Assembly: GCA_951406725.2 (NCBI GenBank)
Contig: OX597822.1
Span: 47,926,001-47,990,000, forward strand
Reading direction: 5' to 3'
Length of the DNA stretch: 64,000 nt
From: Octopus vulgaris
Taxonomy: Eukaryota
This document shows positions 62,201-64,000 of this stretch, piece by piece (positions within the stretch are counted from its first letter, which is position 1; the number at the start of each line of letters is the position of its first letter). The notes below the pieces were generated by a model, which saw only the letters and a list, made by a program, of their open reading frames with translations, had not been told where the DNA came from and did not search any database. A program made the translations under genes and the position numbers.

Positions 62201-62829
62201 CCTCTGGTATAGCTTGGTGTTCAGCTTGATAGTAGGCACCTAAAAAGCCAATTTTGTACAGCAATAAAAGTAGAGATGGGTGGGATATGTTCATAAATCT
62301 CTTTATTGTTCTTGTGCTCACACTGAGAGATGTTTGGAGATTTTATGAGAAGTCCGATATATATGACATCAAAGTGATCTTGAAATTCCTTCTTCCACAG
62401 TCCAGGTTTGGACACTGTAGAGAAGAATGTCTGGTGTATGACCTTAAATTGCATCTAGTAGTGAGGTCCTAGTTCAGGAGTTCAGGGTTTTAAGAAGAGT
62501 GGAACCTCTTAATCACTAGTTTCCAGGTCTATTCTTACCTGTCAGGGTCCCAGTTATGGGTTGGCATGTCACTGAATTGCCTCTGGAAAAAGACCACTCA
62601 TAGACACCTTAACGAACCTAGACAACAATAACAATGATCACAACAACAACAACAACAGGAAGGTATGCTCACCGAGGTAGATTTTGGTGCTGTCAGTCTG
62701 GCTGTCTGTCAGCAATGTACTGAGGTTGCGGTATGTGTCAATGAGCAGTTCCACTTTACTGAAGTCTCTCTCATCAAAGTAGGCATGAGTAATTAATTCC
62801 AGTTTGGTCTGGATTAATCCATAAAAGGG
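36722..62829 (-). CDS. AVL9: AVL9 (late secretory pathway protein AVL9 homolog), 3' portion, 11 coding exons; 5' exons lie beyond the window
   Basis: Exons 62829-62673, 60068-59989, 57102-57033, 54223-53040, 52334-52200, 51353-51218, 48232-48152, 45764-45650, 42467-42414, 40296-40208 and 36945-36722 are all GT-AG with compatible phases. The joined translation contains AVL9 blocks as I recall them from vertebrate AVL9 (KLELITHAYF, ILFKLLLLERRVLF, SLFPG, YGLPLAIFSKG, GATNILF, DLRFADYLV, WEGGDEW, AWKTTHNYR, HPFQG, SAMSSW). Confidence 0.95.
37690..37985 (+). mobile_element. Old CR1-group LINE 3' fragment; similar pieces at ~40750-40920 (+) and ~63290-63600 (-)
   Basis: SLYLFSHYY...NTIPAGIDLQRFKRYIN, and at 40.8 kb HWNSLQPYCFPLIYDIQTFKFHVNQHL, fit the WNxLP...FK..VN C-terminus. 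Confidence 0.55.
38193..38625. repeat. Foldback element or palindrome, ~190-bp arms
   Basis: tataaataattataacaagggcttggcttgtgcc...acatgatcgtgtttcgggcttaaa is mirrored by tttaagtccaaaacacgatcatgt...ggcacaagccaagctcttgttataattatttata. Confidence 0.92.
40208..40296 (-). CDS. AVL9: AVL9 exon
   Basis: cag|CACC...TTTG|gtgag; TMQSTEKGKKLNAAVSQTGKYVVQTGKVF; 89 nt. Confidence 0.92.
41074..41521. mobile_element. hAT-like MITE with 8-bp TSD, carrying a nested piggyBac-like MITE
   Basis: atgtagaa|cagtgtttctcaac ... gttaaacatcactg|atgtagaa. Confidence 0.88.
41160..41347. mobile_element. piggyBac-like MITE
   Basis: ttaa|ccctttcattgcc ... ggtaatgaaaggg|ttaa. Confidence 0.88.
41955..42000 (-). ncRNA. Minimal type I hammerhead ribozyme motif with near-intact core; mutated twin at 42130-42175 (+)
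   Basis: GACAC-CUGAUGA-A-GGUUGG-agaguaua-UCAGCU-GAA-AC-GU-U-GUGUU: stem I GACAC/GUGUU, 6-pair stem II, palindromic ACGU stem III, GUU cleavage triplet. Confidence 0.75.
42002..42068 (+). other. tRNA-derived Pol III head, 5' acceptor strand missing; not a functional tRNA
   Basis: A-box TGGCAGAGTGG, anticodon-loop-like CTAATAA, B-box GAGTTTGATTCC (one change from GTTCGA), ends GGACCA. Confidence 0.7.
42414..42467 (-). CDS. AVL9: AVL9 exon
   Basis: cag|ACAT...CACA|gtaag; HPFQGHLNMSDLRVRLS; 54 nt. Confidence 0.93.
42577..43392. mobile_element. Long-TIR non-autonomous DNA element with apparent 8-bp TSD, inserted in a piggyBac-like MITE (42558-43572)
   Basis: ggggcttaatgcagttttgcgcctctccttgaaa is mirrored by tttcaaggagaggtgcgaaactgcattagcccc; ccaacctg at 42569-42576 and 43393-43400. 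Confidence 0.8.
44036..44741 (-). mobile_element. Non-autonomous Helitron-like element, copy 2
   Basis: Collinear with 15199-15920 (cctgtggagggctcttcattggg; ttaaacttgaccaatatttttcaagcaatg; aaatttgttttggcattta); a|ctag ... ataga|t ends. Confidence 0.68.
45650..45764 (-). CDS. AVL9: AVL9 exon
   Basis: cag|ATGAG...AGTC|gtaag; EKLMEDFNLTFIQAWKTTHNYRLWHSCKHPLIESVSQ; 115 nt. Confidence 0.93.
48152..48232 (-). CDS. AVL9: AVL9 exon
   Basis: cag|AGTGG...GGAG|gtgag; WEGGDEWVRLQFKEYILSLLASTHNG; 81 nt. Confidence 0.95.
51218..51353 (-). CDS. AVL9: AVL9 exon
   Basis: tag|GTAAAC...ACAG|gtaag; VNDGRIDFHDNELKKQLNLTTTDLRFADYLVKIVTENKTLFLDGT; 136 nt. Confidence 0.95.
52200..52334 (-). CDS. AVL9: AVL9 exon
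   Basis: cag|GGCTGC...AGAG|gtaag; GCLCHPYLSLQFFDLLEDVNVRGFVIGATNILFKQRKHLTDVVVE; 135 nt. Confidence 0.95.
53040..54223 (-). CDS. AVL9: AVL9 large central exon (1184 nt, mostly low-complexity linker)
   Basis: cag|GTTTAATA...CAAG|gtctgg; begins LIEYGLKESACYSP and ends ADEYGLPLAIFSK; phases fit both neighbouring exons. Confidence 0.9.
54803..55237 (-). mobile_element. Head-to-tail dimer of SINE family B with a single 15-bp TSD
   Basis: tagaggagtcataat at 54788-54802 and 55238-55252 flanks two tandem copies. Confidence 0.9.
56131..56667 (-). mobile_element. Internally deleted mariner element
   Basis: TA|ttgggtcataccataaataat ... attatttatgggatgacccaa|TA; ORF 56523-56236 encodes the mariner N-terminal HTH (HIQHILLYGFNKGNNSTESARNI...QWFQKFQAKNYSLED). 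Confidence 0.92.
57033..57102 (-). CDS. AVL9: AVL9 exon
   Basis: cag|GTACTA...CCAG|gtatg; VLFTGKPVQELCQTMLGVMSLFP; 70 nt. Confidence 0.93.
57712..57835. repeat. ~30-bp minisatellite, about 4 degenerate units
   Basis: Repeated ttagccactt...cttccacatcgcccc. Confidence 0.8.
58588..59062. repeat. Inverted repeat (~120-bp arms) with a hammerhead-like core in the spacer; probable Penelope-type inverted terminal structure
   Basis: 58588-58709 mirrors 58943-59062; CTGATGA at 58858-58864 and GAAA at 58937-58940. Confidence 0.7.
59989..60068 (-). CDS. AVL9: AVL9 exon
   Basis: cag|GTCTT...ACGG|gtaag; LPARDLVILYRHKILILFKLLLLERR; 80 nt. Confidence 0.95.
60549..60851 (+). mobile_element. Full-length tRNA-derived SINE (family D) with 13-bp TSD
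   Basis: attgttgctgaat at 60536-60548 and 60852-60864; A-box tggcctagtgg, B-box gggtttgaatctc; related head at 32563. Confidence 0.9.
62673..62829 (-). CDS. AVL9: AVL9 exon (most 5' exon found in the window)
   Basis: tag|CCCTTT...CTCG|gtgag; PFYGLIQTKLELITHAYFDERDFSKVELLIDTYRNLSTLLTDSQTDSTKIYL; 157 nt. Confidence 0.95.
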
Positions 62830-64000
62830 CTAGAGAAAGGAGAAAAAGGAGACAAATAAGCATATTATCTTCATTTTCATCATTAGCTGCATTAACACAC
62901 TCATCCACATCACCAAACCCTGGATATTAGTCCCAAGTCCTGACTCATCAAGTCAATTATCCTGTTTCTATGGCTGAGATCACCACCTTTTCCCCTAAAT
63001 GAGGTGCCTGGCCACAGCAGGGCTATTCATTTAGCATTGAATGAATTACAGCAATGTGAAATGAAGTGTTTTGCTCAAGGACACAATGCACAACCAGCCT
63101 GGAAAGCAAAACCACAAAAGCATGATCATTAGTGCAATGCCCAAAACCACTCGGCCATGCAGTACCATAAGCATTAAATTCAACACCATGATCGAATTTA
63201 CCAGTATCCTTCTCCTTTGTCCTCATCATTATCATCAAATTCAACATCCTCCTCCTCATTACCACTGCTGTCATTTTTAGAAATAAGTTAGCCAGAAAGG
63301 AAGGAGGAGAATGATATCCAAGACATTTGCTGACCAATCCTAGACTGGAGACATGAGAGGTTTTGCTTGAATATTTGATATCTGTAGGGGCAAAAATTTG
63401 GCCAAGTTCTGAAAGTGGGACTTTCAATGGGAGGTAGGCTTTAAAAAGAAGGATTGGAGAACAATGTTTATAATGCAGAGTTTGGGAAGTAGACACTGTA
63501 GATGATGAGAGGACAAAAGATAGACAAGAACGTGCTGGAAAATTCTAGGCTTTAAGGGTATCACAAAAGGTCTGGTTGGAGGCCCAACCTTCCGAGTTCT
63601 TTTATAGGGCTTAGATTAAAAACGAAGGACCCCTGCAATAAGTGTGAATCTGAGAAGGGAATATGCTGAATAAAATTATAATTAACTGATTCTCCTCTAT
63701 TTTCTTTTATCCAAAACCAGGAACTTTTTGGCACCCACCTCGTATGTATGTATGTATGTATGTATGTATGTATGTGTTTATCATCATCATCATCATCGTT
63801 TAGCGTCCGTTTTCCATGCTAGCATGGGTTGGACGGTTCTACTGGGGTCTGTGAAGCCAGAAGGCTTCATCAGGCCCAGTCAAATCTGGCAGTGTTTCTA
63901 CGGCTGGATGCCCTTCCTAACGCCAACCACTCCGTGAGTGTAGTGGGTGCTTTTTACGTGCCACCCGCACAGGTGCCAGACAGAGCTGGCAAACGGCCAC

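Overview
This is AT-rich, repeat-dense eukaryotic DNA, most likely from an octopus (coleoid cephalopod), inferred from the H2A sequence and the SINE/RTE repertoire. Two intact, intronless replication-dependent histone genes lie on the minus strand, each with a 3' stem-loop: H4 (4489-4800) and H2A (22561-22938). They are about 18 kb apart, with no H2B, H3 or H1 in the window. The 3' part of an AVL9 (DENN-related trafficking) gene lies on the minus strand. I reconstructed 11 coding exons (62829 to 36722), all GT-AG and phase-compatible; its 5' end is beyond the window. The rest is transposon material: several tRNA-derived SINE families, RTE, CR1-group and CRE LINE remnants, mariner remnants, hAT-, piggyBac- and GG-ended TIR elements (some nested, with target-site duplications), two Helitron-like copies and microsatellites. 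The most notable signal is a Penelope-type hammerhead system. An intronic element at 41906-42224 has a tRNA-like Pol III head between two inverted 99-bp arms, each carrying a minimal type I hammerhead. Further degenerate hammerhead-bearing repeats (about 28.7, 30.4 and 58.9 kb) and a decayed Penelope GIY-YIG endonuclease (about 7.1 kb) are also present. An inverted duplication of about 0.8 kb lies next to H4. All calls were made by eye; no searches or folding programs were run.
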